Shown here: positions 34,478-49,169 of the stretch, in pieces
How positions within the stretch are numbered: position 1 is the first letter of the stretch
Layout: each line of letters opens with the position of its first letter
NCBI GenBank assembly: GCA_002104905.1
Contig: MCFE01000418.1
Coordinates: forward strand, 1 to 64,000
From: Basidiobolus meristosporus CBS 931.73
Lineage: Eukaryota > Fungi > Basidiobolomycota
Direction: 5' to 3'
DNA length: 64,000 bases
Notes under the pieces: generated by a model
What the model was told of the DNA's origin: nothing
What the model saw: the letters and a program-made list of their open reading frames with translations, nothing else
Database searches by the model: none
Position numbers and translations under genes: made by a program

Positions 34478-34891
34478 ATGAGATCCTTCACCGCCATCAC
34501 TCTTGCAGCCATAGCACTCAGCCAAGTTGCTGTGGCACTTCCACAGGATGTTGCGGAAGGTACTGTCGACGCCAGCACCCAGGACTCCGCCCTTTATATC
34601 GGCGGCGGCCTGGGGAGCAGAATTGGCAGATATCTCCGGGACAACATCTCTGTTGACGGCTCAGGAGCCATCGGTGGAGTAGGCCAAGGTGCGTTCAGAA
34701 GTCACCACATCCCGGGATTGAGAGGATCCATCAATGGGAACTTCGGAGCCACTGGTGCCGGTTCCCTCAGGGATGGCCTGTTCCGTGGGGACGGGGACAT
34801 TGGAGGCGGTGGCTCAGGTAGGATCGGGGTGGGCAAAGGATACAACGGGGCTGATGATTACGATGCGGTTGACCCCTTGGATTACGAATAA
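34478..34891 (+). CDS. Secreted glycine-rich protein, paralog 3 (137 aa)
   Basis: Signal peptide MRSFTAITLAAIALSQVAVA, diverged core (DGSG..GG.GQGA...GNFG..G.G.L.D...GDIGGGGSG.IGVG), TATAAA about 55 bp upstream. Confidence 0.82.
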   Translation: MRSFTAITLAAIALSQVAVALPQDVAEGTVDASTQDSALYIGGGLGSRIGRYLRDNISVDGSGAIGGVGQGAFRSHHIPGLRGSINGNFGATGAGSLRDGLFRGDGDIGGGGSGRIGVGKGYNGADDYDAVDPLDYE

Positions 34892-35173
34892 TGTTTCCAT
34901 TTTTACGGATTACGAATAGTGTTTCCATACGAAATAAACCGATGGCGACTAACCCTAACCCCCTCCCCTCCACCTCATACATCCATTCGGCATTGCTGAG
35001 AATGATTAATTTATTTGGAACTATGGTTGTGCTCAATACGTGGTCGTAAGGCGAATGTTACATGAATCTAGAATATGATGATGTTAAAGAGCAGTGTGAC
35101 GCATGTGCTGGTGAACGCATATTCGGCAGTTAGAACTCAAAAATCGGTGGGGTGAATGAGCAGGTTTGGCTGT

Positions 35174-36417
35174 CTACTTTCTGTTCAAGACACGCTTGGC
35201 GACTTGAGCAATGATGTCGGTGGTGGGAAGGGAGAGGTCTTCCAAAGGCTTGGCGTAAGGCATAGGAACATCGGCGCCGGTGACTCTCTCGACCGGGGCA
35301 TCGAGGTAGTCGAAGGCCTCGGATTCCATGATCTGGGCACAGATCTCGGAACCGACACCGAATTGAGGCCAGCCACCCTCGATGGTGATGAGACGGTTGG
35401 TCTTCTTGACCGACTTGATGATGGTGTCGATGTCCAAAGGACGGATAGAACGCAGGTTGATGACTTCGGCGTTGATGCCCTCCTTGGCGAGGAGTTCGGC
35501 GGCGGCCAAAGCATCACCAACCGGCTTGGAGTGAGCAACCAAGGTGACGTCGGTACCTTCGCGCTCGACCTTGGCCTTGCCGATTTCGATCACGAAATCC
35601 TTGTCAAGAGCCTCCTCAGAGATGTCGAAGGATGAGCCGTACATGATTTCGTTCTCGAGGAAGACGACTGGGTTAGGATCACGGATAGCAGCCTTCAAGA
35701 GACCTCTGCAGTCCTCGGAGTTCCAGGGGGAGATAACCTTGAGACCTGGAACGGAACCGTACCAAGCGGCATAGCATTGGGAGTGCTGAGCAGCCACACC
35801 AGCAGCAGCGCCGTTAGGGCCACGGAAGACAATGGGGCATTGGACTTGGCCACCAGACATGTAGTGGGTCTTGGCAGCGGAGTTGACAATGTGATCAATA
35901 GCTTGCATGGCGAAGTTAAAGGTCATGAACTCAACCACAGGCTTGAGTCCACTCAAGGCACTACCAACGGCAATACCGGCGAACCCGGCTTCAGTGATGG
36001 GGGTATCGATGATACGCTTGGGGCCGAATTTGTCCAAAAGTCCCTTGGAAACCTAGAAATACCATTCGCTTAGTAAGACGCGGGTGAAAAACACCGAGCA
36101 GAAGCCCGTGGCGTACCTTGTAGGCGCCGTTGTATTGAGCAACTTCTTCACCCATGAGATAGACCTTGTCATCTCTGGTCAACTCTTCCTCCAAAGCAGA
36201 GTTAAGAGCATCACGAACAGTAATCTGAACAGCGAACGGTTAGGGTCGGACTGCGGCAAGCAAAGGGGGAAGAACATACCTGCTTGGTGGCAGTGGAGTT
36301 GAAACGGGCCTGGGCAAAGAGTCTTCCGGTGTTGCAGGCAGCACCCAAAGCGAGCTTTCTGGTGTTGGCCTGAACGGAGCTTCTAGCCACAGAGGTAAGT
36401 GCAGTGCGGAACAACAT
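35174..36417 (-). CDS. PDB1: Pyruvate dehydrogenase E1 beta subunit, mitochondrial (3 exons, ~374 aa)
   Basis: Motifs [63 protein letters not shown]. Introns 36225-36279 and 36053-36116; N-terminal presequence. Confidence 0.97.
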
Positions 36418-36949
36418 TTGTATGATAGGGAGAGGGGATGACAGCAGAGGCAGGAAGCCGATGACGAAGATAAGTAATTGAGTGAATGGGATTTTTTTCT
36501 GCTCCGAGTTCGCCTTGGCTTCACCCCCACTGGACATTTTTAACCAAATTGCCAAATTGGTCAGGATCGGATTAACCAGGCGAACCAAATTCACCTGTGC
36601 CCTCCTTATCCTTGTGCCCGATTTACTGCTCCCCACAGATGCAGTGGGAGAAAATGGGGTAGAATGTGGCTTGCGAGTATGAGGCTGATTCAACCCTGAT
36701 CTCCCATCCTGATCTCGAATTTCCTTTCCAATGAATCCCTTGGTGATGGTTCACCAGCATCCCAAATTGGGGGGACTGTGCCACAGGACTGAGGCTTGGA
36801 ATGATCAGAGTTGCAAAAGCCCCAATGTTCGTCGCGTGAGTGGGGAAACGCAGATAATCTAAGCTGCGATAATCATCGCCAGCAAATAGTGTTTTCTCCC
36901 AAGCCTCATCACCGGGCTTTATTCTCAAGAGATTGTAACATTCACGTTC

Positions 36950-37240
36950 GACAGGACTGATATTGAATGGTTTACTAGCTAGACTGATCCGATATTGAGT
37001 GGTCTTCTAGCTAAACTGATCTGATATTGAATGGCTACTCTACTGATATTGAGTGGTCTTCTAGCTAAACTGATCTGATATTGAATGGCTACTCTACTGA
37101 TATTTCGGGGTCTATTCGATTGATATTTCAACGGTCTACCGATACTTCGTGGATCTCAATGGCCTACCGATACTTCTTGGTCTAGCGTAGGCATTGCGAT
37201 TCATTAGAGTAGGTATTGCGATCCATTAGAGTAGGCAGGC
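36950..37240. repeat. Minisatellite cluster in the 3' region of the secreted-protein gene
   Basis: Perfect 54-bp unit x2 (36991-37098) built from TGATATTGA(A/G)TGG subunits, plus a 22-bp unit x2 (37193-37236) spanning the stop codon. Confidence 0.85.
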
Positions 37241-37927
37241 GCGAACGGGGATCCCAAGAAGGTTGAGATTAAGGTTGATCAGACGGTTGCAGTTTTGCTG
37301 TGGCTGGGTGCTGGGTGAGGGGGATGGACTAGCGGTTGGGCTGGGGGTAGTGGTGGGTGTGGTTCCATCCCCACCGTTGTTTGGATTTCCACCACCAGTG
37401 TTGGGATTGTCGGTGTCTTTGGGACTGTCATCCTTACTATCTTTTGGGTTTCCATCGTCCTTGGAGCCATTGGATCCGGAGTCACCATCGGCGTCTTTGG
37501 CATCACCACCGTCATTGCTTGAGTTGTTCCCTCCCTTGCCATCCTTGCCGTTTGTAGGCTCTCCATCTGAACCTTTCCCTCCATTCCCGTTCCCACTTGA
37601 TTTGCCTGCCCCATGATCCCCTGGGCCCATACCAGTGTAGTTTGGTTTTCTACCGATCCAGCCCGCTAGCACTGGGGACCCGCGATCATGGCCGTAGTTA
37701 GGTCCGTGTGCGGAAGGTATCCTGAATCTTCTGTTCGAGGCCGCCTCCTTGGTCCTGCTAAGCCACTGGTCGAAATTCTTGATGGAGAATTTGTTACGCA
37801 ACGGCCTCATGGCGCTCCTGGCGGTGGACACCATCCTACCGGGGGCCTTCGATTGGGTGGACTCGATGACGGCGGACTGCACGATGTTGGAGGCCAGCAG
37901 AACGGATATAGCGAGGAGTAGCTTCAT
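37226..37927 (-). CDS. Secreted low-complexity protein (233 aa) with a Cys-flanked hydrophobic tail
   Basis: Signal peptide MKLLLAISVLLASNIVQSA, basic segment, G/D/N/K linker, P/T/S stalk, C-terminus CNRLINLNLNLLGIPVRACLL. Confidence 0.85.
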   Translation of the reverse strand: MKLLLAISVLLASNIVQSAVIESTQSKAPGRMVSTARSAMRPLRNKFSIKNFDQWLSRTKEAASNRRFRIPSAHGPNYGHDRGSPVLAGWIGRKPNYTGMGPGDHGAGKSSGNGNGGKGSDGEPTNGKDGKGGNNSSNDGGDAKDADGDSGSNGSKDDGNPKDSKDDSPKDTDNPNTGGGNPNNGGDGTTPTTTPSPTASPSPSPSTQPQQNCNRLINLNLNLLGIPVRACLL

Positions 37928-38628
37928 TTCAAATAGATGGAGGATTTTGTTGGTCTGGTGGAGCCCGGGATCGCACTATATAGGGCCCACTCCACAGCCG
38001 ACGACAATCCTCCGAGCAAGGGAATGCTCCGGCTGGATGCAAATACTCGGACGATCCCACTCGCTCTTGGGCCTCGTCGGTTGTTTACACTTGACAACAA
38101 ACCATGCATCCGCCGTCCGCGAATTCAACACCCGTCAGTTTCAGGATGATCTGCCGTCCAGCGGGATGAATTTGGGATTTCGCCCGAGTATCAAACACCT
38201 ACCCACCAATTGGAACCATAACGCCTTGAAGCGCTCAGTTCGCCCATGAAACGTCCGTTTTCTACGGATCTCCGCTCCTTTCATAGTGGATGCTCCATTT
38301 GCTTCATATTAGGCAACATGTGGACAAGATGTGGGTGGTCTATAGCCAAGTTTGTTTAGCTCATGGCGTGTACAGTAGACTAGGATTACAGGCTTTTACA
38401 GGTAACTTCACCAGTAAGGGATGAAACGGGAACAGTTAACAGAGGGTGTCACGTGCTTTACAGAATGGATTACACAGGGACATGCGCTTTGTAAGGAAGT
38501 AAATAACATAATGAAAGCTTGATGTATAAGTACAAGTGAGAGAAGTAAGGGAAGGGTGAAGAAGGAAAGGAAGGGTGAGGGTGAGGGTGAGAAGGGGATG
38601 CAAAGGTGGATCAGTTGTTGGACAAGAG

Positions 38629-41600
38629 CTAGGCTTCCTCCAAGGTGGAGGAGGATCTGGTTCGTTTCGATAGGGGTCGCCGACTTGAATGTATGAAGAC
38701 ATGACTGAAATGGATTCGTTCTCCTTTGTAGTCTTTGAGGGGAAGATGACGATAACCTAGAAATCAGACAAGATAAGACTCGGGGGAGCAGACGATTCCT
38801 TGGATCTGTATGGGGCACTTACCCGGCTGCAAGTTATCCAGCATTATGCAATAGCTGGCCAAGATCTCGTCGGAGCTAATGCCCTGATCGTAGATGGCAA
38901 ACCTGAGGAAGGTGACTTCCGGCCGGTGAACCTCGAACACGAACCTCTCTTTCCAGATCGGGTTGAACCCGTTGTTGGCGATGGTGCGAGTGCGACGCCG
39001 CACCACCGAGGATGCGATCACCTCCAACTCACAGACCGGGTCCACCACCTCGCCTTTACTGGCAAGTTTTGGCTTTGGCAACTGCTGCGCGGATATGATC
39101 TAGCACAAAGCGGGTAAATACGGGAACCTCTCCATCGGCAAAATCCTTCCGTTACCTCGACCTCGAGCAGCTCCGATATAGGCTCCTCCACCTCCTTCAC
39201 ACGGAGGTATTCCGGCTTCAGGACGTAACCGCACCCACCGTTGTTGTAGAACATGGCTTCGTAGATCTGCATGCATCGGTCTAGCAGGAGATATCAGCAG
39301 GGACCACAAGCAAAGTAGACATGGGTTGCGCGCATACCGTAGGTTTGGTAGTTCAAGGCAACCACCTGAGTGCCTGAGAGCCAATGGATCATGGGGTCGA
39401 AGTTCGACGAGTTCAGACGCATGGTTTTCGGATATACGCGAGTGAGCTGGATCTTGTTGTGCTCAATGAACGTGGCCATCTCTTTTTGGCTCAGCTTCAG
39501 CGCCTTGCTCTCGTTCATCGAGATGATTTTGTCGTATTTCACTAAGAATACCACCGGATCGGAGGGGTTAGTCTCTCGCCCGTTGTTGGCTTATAGACGG
39601 ATGCAGCGAATACTAACAATGGTTAAGGTCGAAGAATTTGAAGTGCGCCGCCTTGCAATACACAACCATGTCCGAGAGTAGCTTGGCAACTTTGGGTTTG
39701 CGCATTTTCCCAGCTTTCTCGACTACACGAAACCGAAACACATGGTTAGTGGGGTGTCTGACTGCACGCACCGCTTACGCAAGCCTTACTTTTGACCGTA
39801 GCTTCGTAGCCGTTCTCATCGATGGAGTCCTCCTCCGAGGTGGAGCTGAGGGCCTCTTCCGACTCTGGGGTGATGGTCTTGTTCTATGCGAAGATGGCAT
39901 GTTAGATCTCCACACGGCTGGCGTAGCGATAGGAACTCACTCATGTAAAGACCTTGATCAAAATCTTGTAGAGCAGCTGGTTTGGCGAAGGAAGGTGTGA
40001 TGCGTGTTCTCCTAAAGGCTTGAGCAAGAGAAGTCCGTTAAGAATTTGAAGCAATATCTTGGCCATGGCCTCCTGCTGCACTGGTGAACAATGGGTTTCA
40101 AATGACAGGATCAATGGGAATGGAGACGCAACAAAAGCGTACTTTCTGATGGCCTCTATAGCATCCCGAAATAGTATCTTTGACGTCCTGGACGGGGACA
40201 AGGTTAGTCTGGCTCTAGACGAGAGGGTAGGCAGCAGATGGCTTACAATGTTCGTCCGTGATATATTATCGGTTCGTTATTGGGGCCATCCCAGCAATCC
40301 ACTAGACAGGAGCGTTAGAATGTCGCTGGCGTGCCTCTAACTTGAGAAAATACTTGCATTCAACGCATCGACATCCCCGCTGCAGAGCTCGAATGTACCC
40401 CTCCACCGAGGACTCGCTGACCACCTGATCGCCCAGGAGATATCTGTGTAGCCAAGGTTAGCTGGTATCGGGTGGTGGATGCCGGTCGACACTTACGTAT
40501 TGTGTGAGGATGCAATGAAGTAATGGCTCAAAGGCTGGTCCATGTCTTGGTAGACCCGAGTGGTCTCCGATGGAGTAGGCAGGTTGTCCGAGAGCAGCAG
40601 AAAGTTCAGGAATCCCTTGACGTTCATCGTGCTAGAGCCTTCTTCGCAATACTTGTAGAAAACATGTTCGGCCTCTTCAGGCTTTTGCTGGAGAAAGGCT
40701 GAGTACAGTGGAGCCAAGATTCCCTTCCGTGGTGACGCCTTACCTTCTGCGTATCAACCCAAAAGCGAGTGAACTCCTGTAGAGTAAGATAGGCCCGATC
40801 GGTGGTGGCGATCGATTCAAAGAGCTCGCTGATATCGTTGCGCTGGCGAAGCAAATGAATGATCTTCGCAAAGCCGTCAAAGTCGATGAACCCTTGGTTT
40901 TGCTTGTCGATCACCTACATCACGGTATCAGTCAGTCCATCCTCACAAATGCCTAGAGTGACCAGAATCCATCCTACGTTGAAAAATCGCACCAGGCTCT
41001 CAGCAGGGCAGTTGATGTTGAGCTTTTTACAAAGCTGCGTGATCTCACCAAGGGAAAGTGAGTCGTTTTTGTCTTTACTGGCGTCGTGCCATGCTTGGCG
41101 CAGCCAGGCATCGACCCGCTCTCGCAAAACATGTGGTCCAGCCAGTTCTTTGGACTTTGCGATGAGGATCTCAAGCGTATTAACCCACTCCACCAGCAAT
41201 TCCCTGGTTGGCGAGACGAGATTCAGGTTCTTGTACTTTCCCCCTTCCACGTAGACAACACTAAACCATCTATCTTGGTCTCTGGAACTCAAATTAAATT
41301 GCTTTTTAAATATCTTGGCTTCCGGGCCAACCCGAAGCTCCTTAATCCACTCCATGTTTACTACAAGACAGAAACTCGTTAGCCTGCTACCTTGTGCTTT
41401 TTGGAAGGGAAGGGAGGGGAAACAGTAGACACACACCCACTGCAGACTTGGAGCGCTTTTTGGAGTCCCATAGCAACCTATTTTGTGCAGGATCGAGCCA
41501 AAAGGTGCGCTCATGACGCTTGGCAGGAGAGAGCTTTAACATCTTGGTGCCTTTTATGAGGGACTCGGGGATAGGAGGGAGATCGTTTTTGGGGCTAGGG

Positions 41601-41730
41601 CATACTGTAGGGTTTAAGGTGCGCATCAGTATAGAAAGCTCTCAATGGGAAGAAAGGGAGGCTAAAACGAAGATGTCTAAATCAATGCGGCAGCGTAAAA
41701 GAAGAGAGAAGAGCTTCTACCTTTGAGCAT
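38629..41730 (-). CDS. PLC1: Phosphoinositide-specific phospholipase C (PH, EF-hand, X, Y and C2 domains; multi-exon)
   Basis: Motifs [57 protein letters not shown]. The start at 41730 (10-nt first exon) is inferred. Confidence 0.92.
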
Positions 41731-42359
41731 TAGGTTGGAACAACGTATTCTCTAGGGTTGGAGGAATGAGCGAAACTAAACTGGGGGATGGATAGGAAAA
41801 GGCGGTGGAGAATTTATAGATAAGTTTACCAACAAAGAAAAATCAACTAAAGAATTGGAATGATAAGGAAAGAGCCTTGAATGGCTTGTGAATGGTGCTA
41901 CATCAGAATCTCGTTGATCTCGCAGTTCAAATGAAATCTAAATCAGCTACAAATTTTACTACGTATCCCAGTACGAATTCCACCCAGTGAAATCCCCGAT
42001 CTAATGTGATGGCGAGCATTAAGAGAACAGGAAACGTCGAAGGGAACATGCTGGAGAACATTTGTTGCTCTCGTTACACTGCCCTCGATCGCTCCGAATG
42101 CCATATTCGTCGAAGCAGTAGGTGTCTAAATATAGTGAGGCCCAGCAGCCAATCCAGCACAGCCAAGATCCCACTCGCAACTAGCGTGCGTGTGCGGCCA
42201 TGATCAGCCTTACAAATATGTATCACCATGTTTCAGCGGGTGAGTGGGTCGCATGTGTGATAGTGCATTATTAAGTGGGAATCAAATGGATCCGGTCTCA
42301 TTGTTACCATATAAATTTGTGGTGAATGTCTAGCCAAGCCCATATTTAGTCTGATCAAG

Positions 42360-43561
42360 ATGCACGTCCAAGGTAAATGCGCAATCATAACTGGTGCCTC
42401 CTCAGGCTTTGGGAAGGCCTTGGCAGAGAGACTGGTCTCCAAAGGGTTAGGCCGATATGAATGCTCATGATGCAGCGTCCGTTGCTGACTTATTGCCTGC
42501 AGCGCCAACGTAATCCTGGCCGATATCGACAACGTGGAAGGTGAAAAGCTGGCCGCCTCGCTTAACGAAAAAGTGTTAGTACTGAGTGCTCCTTTGCGTG
42601 TCCTGGTGAACCCAGTTCGCTTACCCTTTGACCTTCAGAAAAAGAAAATGCGCAGTCTTCCAGCTTTGCGACGTTACCAAGCAAAAGGACCTTGTTCAAC
42701 TCTTCAACAAGGCTGAGGAAAGCTTCACTGCCGCGGACGTTGGTATTTCCCTGACGCCATCTCTTTATCAGACCTCTAAAGATTCTCTATAGATTGTCAT
42801 CAACAACGCTGGGATCAGCGATATGCCAGGATTCTATGACAGCGAGAATCGTAAGCACCTTTGCTGTTCGTTTTACAGGGTCTATCTTCTAACCACAAAA
42901 AACCTCTTTCCCAGCTACCTGGTACAAGACGCTGGATATAGATCTCGTTGCTGTCATTGAGGGAACCAGATTGGGTGTTCGTCATTTCAAGAAACACAGT
43001 CGCTCCGGCGTTATTGTCAACACCGCTTCTTTAGCCGGAATTATTCCCTTGTCATTGTCACCTGTCTATTCTGCGGCTAAGACTGGGGTAATGAAGTACA
43101 GAGATATCAACCGGGGAAGACACTAACATCTTATGGCCAACAGGTTGTAGGATTTACAAGATCCCTCAACGTTTTGAGGCACCAGAATATCCGGGTCAAC
43201 GCCGTGGCTCCGTCATTTTCGCGTAGGGGATCGTTGATACCATGCGTTATACATCAACTAACCAACCTCTTTTCATCTAGCCACCAACATAGTGACCAAG
43301 GGAAGAGCAAATCTGGAGGCTTTTGATAAATTCGTGTCCAAAGTCAAGTTGGTCCCTGTTGAGCAAGTAGTTGATGCATTCATGCTGCTTATCGAGGATG
43401 ACTCCCATGCTGGTAATGTTATGTCGTCGCTCTTGATTGGCTGCTAGATATATCTAACAAAGGAAGCAGGGCAAGTGGCTCAAATCACTCCTCAGCACGG
43501 TATCACAATGCTTGTTGGTGAAAAATCCCCAAAGACCAAGAAGCCTTCGGGAAAGCTCTAG
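42360..43561 (+). CDS. Short-chain dehydrogenase/reductase (15-hydroxyprostaglandin dehydrogenase-like; multi-exon)
   Basis: Motifs AIITGASSGFGKALA, INNAG, YSAAK and IRVNAVAP, split by short introns. Confidence 0.88.
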
Positions 43562-43965
43562 GCGTGTATGTAGCCAAATATGTTAATAAATCTCTATCCA
43601 ATTCATCAGCCGTTGATGTGTTTGGGGCTTGGACCGACCACGCTTTTCCTTCCACCATCTTCACTGATGCATCGGAAAACAATCCGGTTCAATTTTTGTA
43701 TTGGTCAAGAATGCTCTTCTATACATATTTTCTGCAACTCGACCTTGAAACAATCAATCCCACCATGATTCATATGCATTCATGGATGAATGGTGTCAAT
43801 TCAATATATAAGTTTTGGTTCTTGACCAATACAGGCTATTCACAGGTTATTCGCAGGTTATTCGCAGGTTATCCACTTTTGTTCACTTCCATTTCTTGGT
43901 GGCCTTCACCCTCTTCCCTTTGTTGACTCGCGAAATCATCGATTCCTTCCTTCGCCACTGACTTC

Positions 43966-44883
43966 ATGTCGACCACGACCTTTCAGACTCCTAGTGAGGA
44001 GGTTTTGTATTGGAAAACCATGGCTTTGTCCTGGGAAAAGGAGCTCGCCGATACACGGTTAACGTTGGATGATTTCCAGACATCATCAAGAGAGTTGGAA
44101 GAAGAGCTTGAGCGAGAGCTTCACATACTAGAGGAGCAGAATAAAAAACTTAGTACTCAGAACCAAAGTCTGGTCCATGAACTGGACGAGCTCACACAGA
44201 AGCACCAGGCGTCCTGTCTAAGCTCTGGCCAAAGTATATATTCCCTTCAGAAGGAACTAGAGAACCTTCGGGAAGAGTACGACCTATCCCAGCGTAAGGC
44301 TGTCAACCTGGAAATGGATAACGAGGAGCTGGAGAGCTTCAAAAGGGCTGCCCATAGCTCGATACTTGACATGGAGAAGAAATACAACGAGGCACGAGAG
44401 TGGAAGGAGAGGTATGAGCAGGAGAGTAGGAAACGCGGTCAAATGAGGGAGGAAATTCAGAGACTCAAAGATGAGCTTCAGGACTTGGAGAATGAGCTCC
44501 GTGTTGTTCGATCACACTCTCCAATATCACCCGCCCTTAGTCCGACTCCCTTCAACTTCCCGCCAACACCCACTCCCTGCAAAAGAAGCGCTCAGGATTC
44601 GGAGGCACCTGGTACCCATTCGCCTTCTCTATCCCCAACTCCCCCTTCCCCTGTTCCCACGGCGCGCAGGCTGTCTGAGTACCGTAGGAAAGGGGGGAGC
44701 TCAGTAAGCACCCTTCAAGAAATCATGGAGCGAGTCAAGACGCTGGAGAATAGACTGATCTCGTGTCGCACAAGAGTAAAACCATTCTTACCTAACTCAC
44801 ACACTAACCCAACCAAGGCAAGAACTCCCGCCCTACCGCCAGCTGAAGCAGGGGAGATGCTAACACAACCTGGCGTATGGTGA
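43966..44883 (+). CDS. nudE: Nuclear distribution protein NudE/NDE1 homolog (305 aa)
   Basis: N-terminal coiled coil EEVLYWK...DFQTSSRELEEELE...LEMDNEELE...LKDELQDLENEL, followed by a Pro/Ser-rich tail. Confidence 0.88.
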   Translation: MSTTTFQTPSEEVLYWKTMALSWEKELADTRLTLDDFQTSSRELEEELERELHILEEQNKKLSTQNQSLVHELDELTQKHQASCLSSGQSIYSLQKELENLREEYDLSQRKAVNLEMDNEELESFKRAAHSSILDMEKKYNEAREWKERYEQESRKRGQMREEIQRLKDELQDLENELRVVRSHSPISPALSPTPFNFPPTPTPCKRSAQDSEAPGTHSPSLSPTPPSPVPTARRLSEYRRKGGSSVSTLQEIMERVKTLENRLISCRTRVKPFLPNSHTNPTKARTPALPPAEAGEMLTQPGVW

Positions 44884-45494
44884 CTAATAGGGTGGGTTTG
44901 ATGGGGGTATCTTGCACTCCATCGATTTGTGCACATAGTCGAAGTTGTTATTATTTCATCAGTTTGTGGTTCCCCTAACCAATCCCTTGATATCCAATAA
45001 TTTCCACGTCACAGTATCAGGTGGACGATTGATGATTCCGAGCCCATTGGTGCCACTGAAGCAGTGTGGATCTGCCTAGAGCAATCGTGGAATCCACATC
45101 CAAGAGGAAACCAGCGCGCAGTCCACCGCCTAACCTATCGTTAACCCTAGAGACCACTATGTTGCTTCGTAACGCATTTAACAAATAGACACACATAATA
45201 CCCCCAGTCACTTGGCACCATGTTGCTTCGTAACGCATTTAATAAATAGACACACACACACAATACCTCCAGTCACTTGAGCAAACAATTTATGGTGAGC
45301 GTAACCTTTTGGTGGCAATGAATAGAATAGGAGGGGGGATAGACATATGGAGAAGTGCGGAATGAGCGTTGAATATCGTGCAAAAAGGTACACATGAACA
45401 AGGGGATGGGGATGGGGATGGGGATGGAGATTAAGTGATATATAAGGTATGTACACGTTACATACAATGTCGATCCGGTGGAACGAAGGGTCGC

Positions 45495-48666
<3,172 letters not shown>

Positions 48667-49169
48667 GAAGTAGAAAATACGGGAAGACGGGAGATAGGAA
48701 TGTAGACTTCAGCGCTCCAGAGAAATACCAAAAGTGTATTGTTACAAGAATGAACGGAGATATGAATTTAGGAAAGTTTGGACGCAACTCTCATGTATTC
48801 GTCAATCCAAGCATTAATGGATTGGCTGATCTTCATGGATCATATTGGCCCAATCTAGTATTATTTCAGCACAATGGATGGCGGCGCGGGCAGCTCGATG
48901 CGAATGCGCTGATTCAGGCCTCAGTCCCCGGCACCCCTCAACCTCGTGACATCCACATTGCACTGATTTCGCAACCAACCCAGTGATCAGATTGCTACCT
49001 GGATTACATAATAGATTATATTACGAGCTGATCCCGCGTCCTGATCCCGCGTCCTGATCCAGCTAACCATTTCATTAAGCTTAATACATTTATTCTCCCA
49101 AGTTAGTGTACAATATTAGTGCAGTATTAGTGCAATATTAGCGCAGTATCCAGTGCCGATTCCCATCCA

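Noticed and set aside
35156-35635. 159-aa plus-strand ORF antisense to PDB1
   Set aside because: It is a codon-bias shadow of a highly expressed gene, with no independent signals.
43564-43926. 120-aa ORF between the SDR gene and nudE
   Set aside because: It has a non-ATG start, overlaps the likely SDR 3' UTR and nudE promoter, and shows no motifs.
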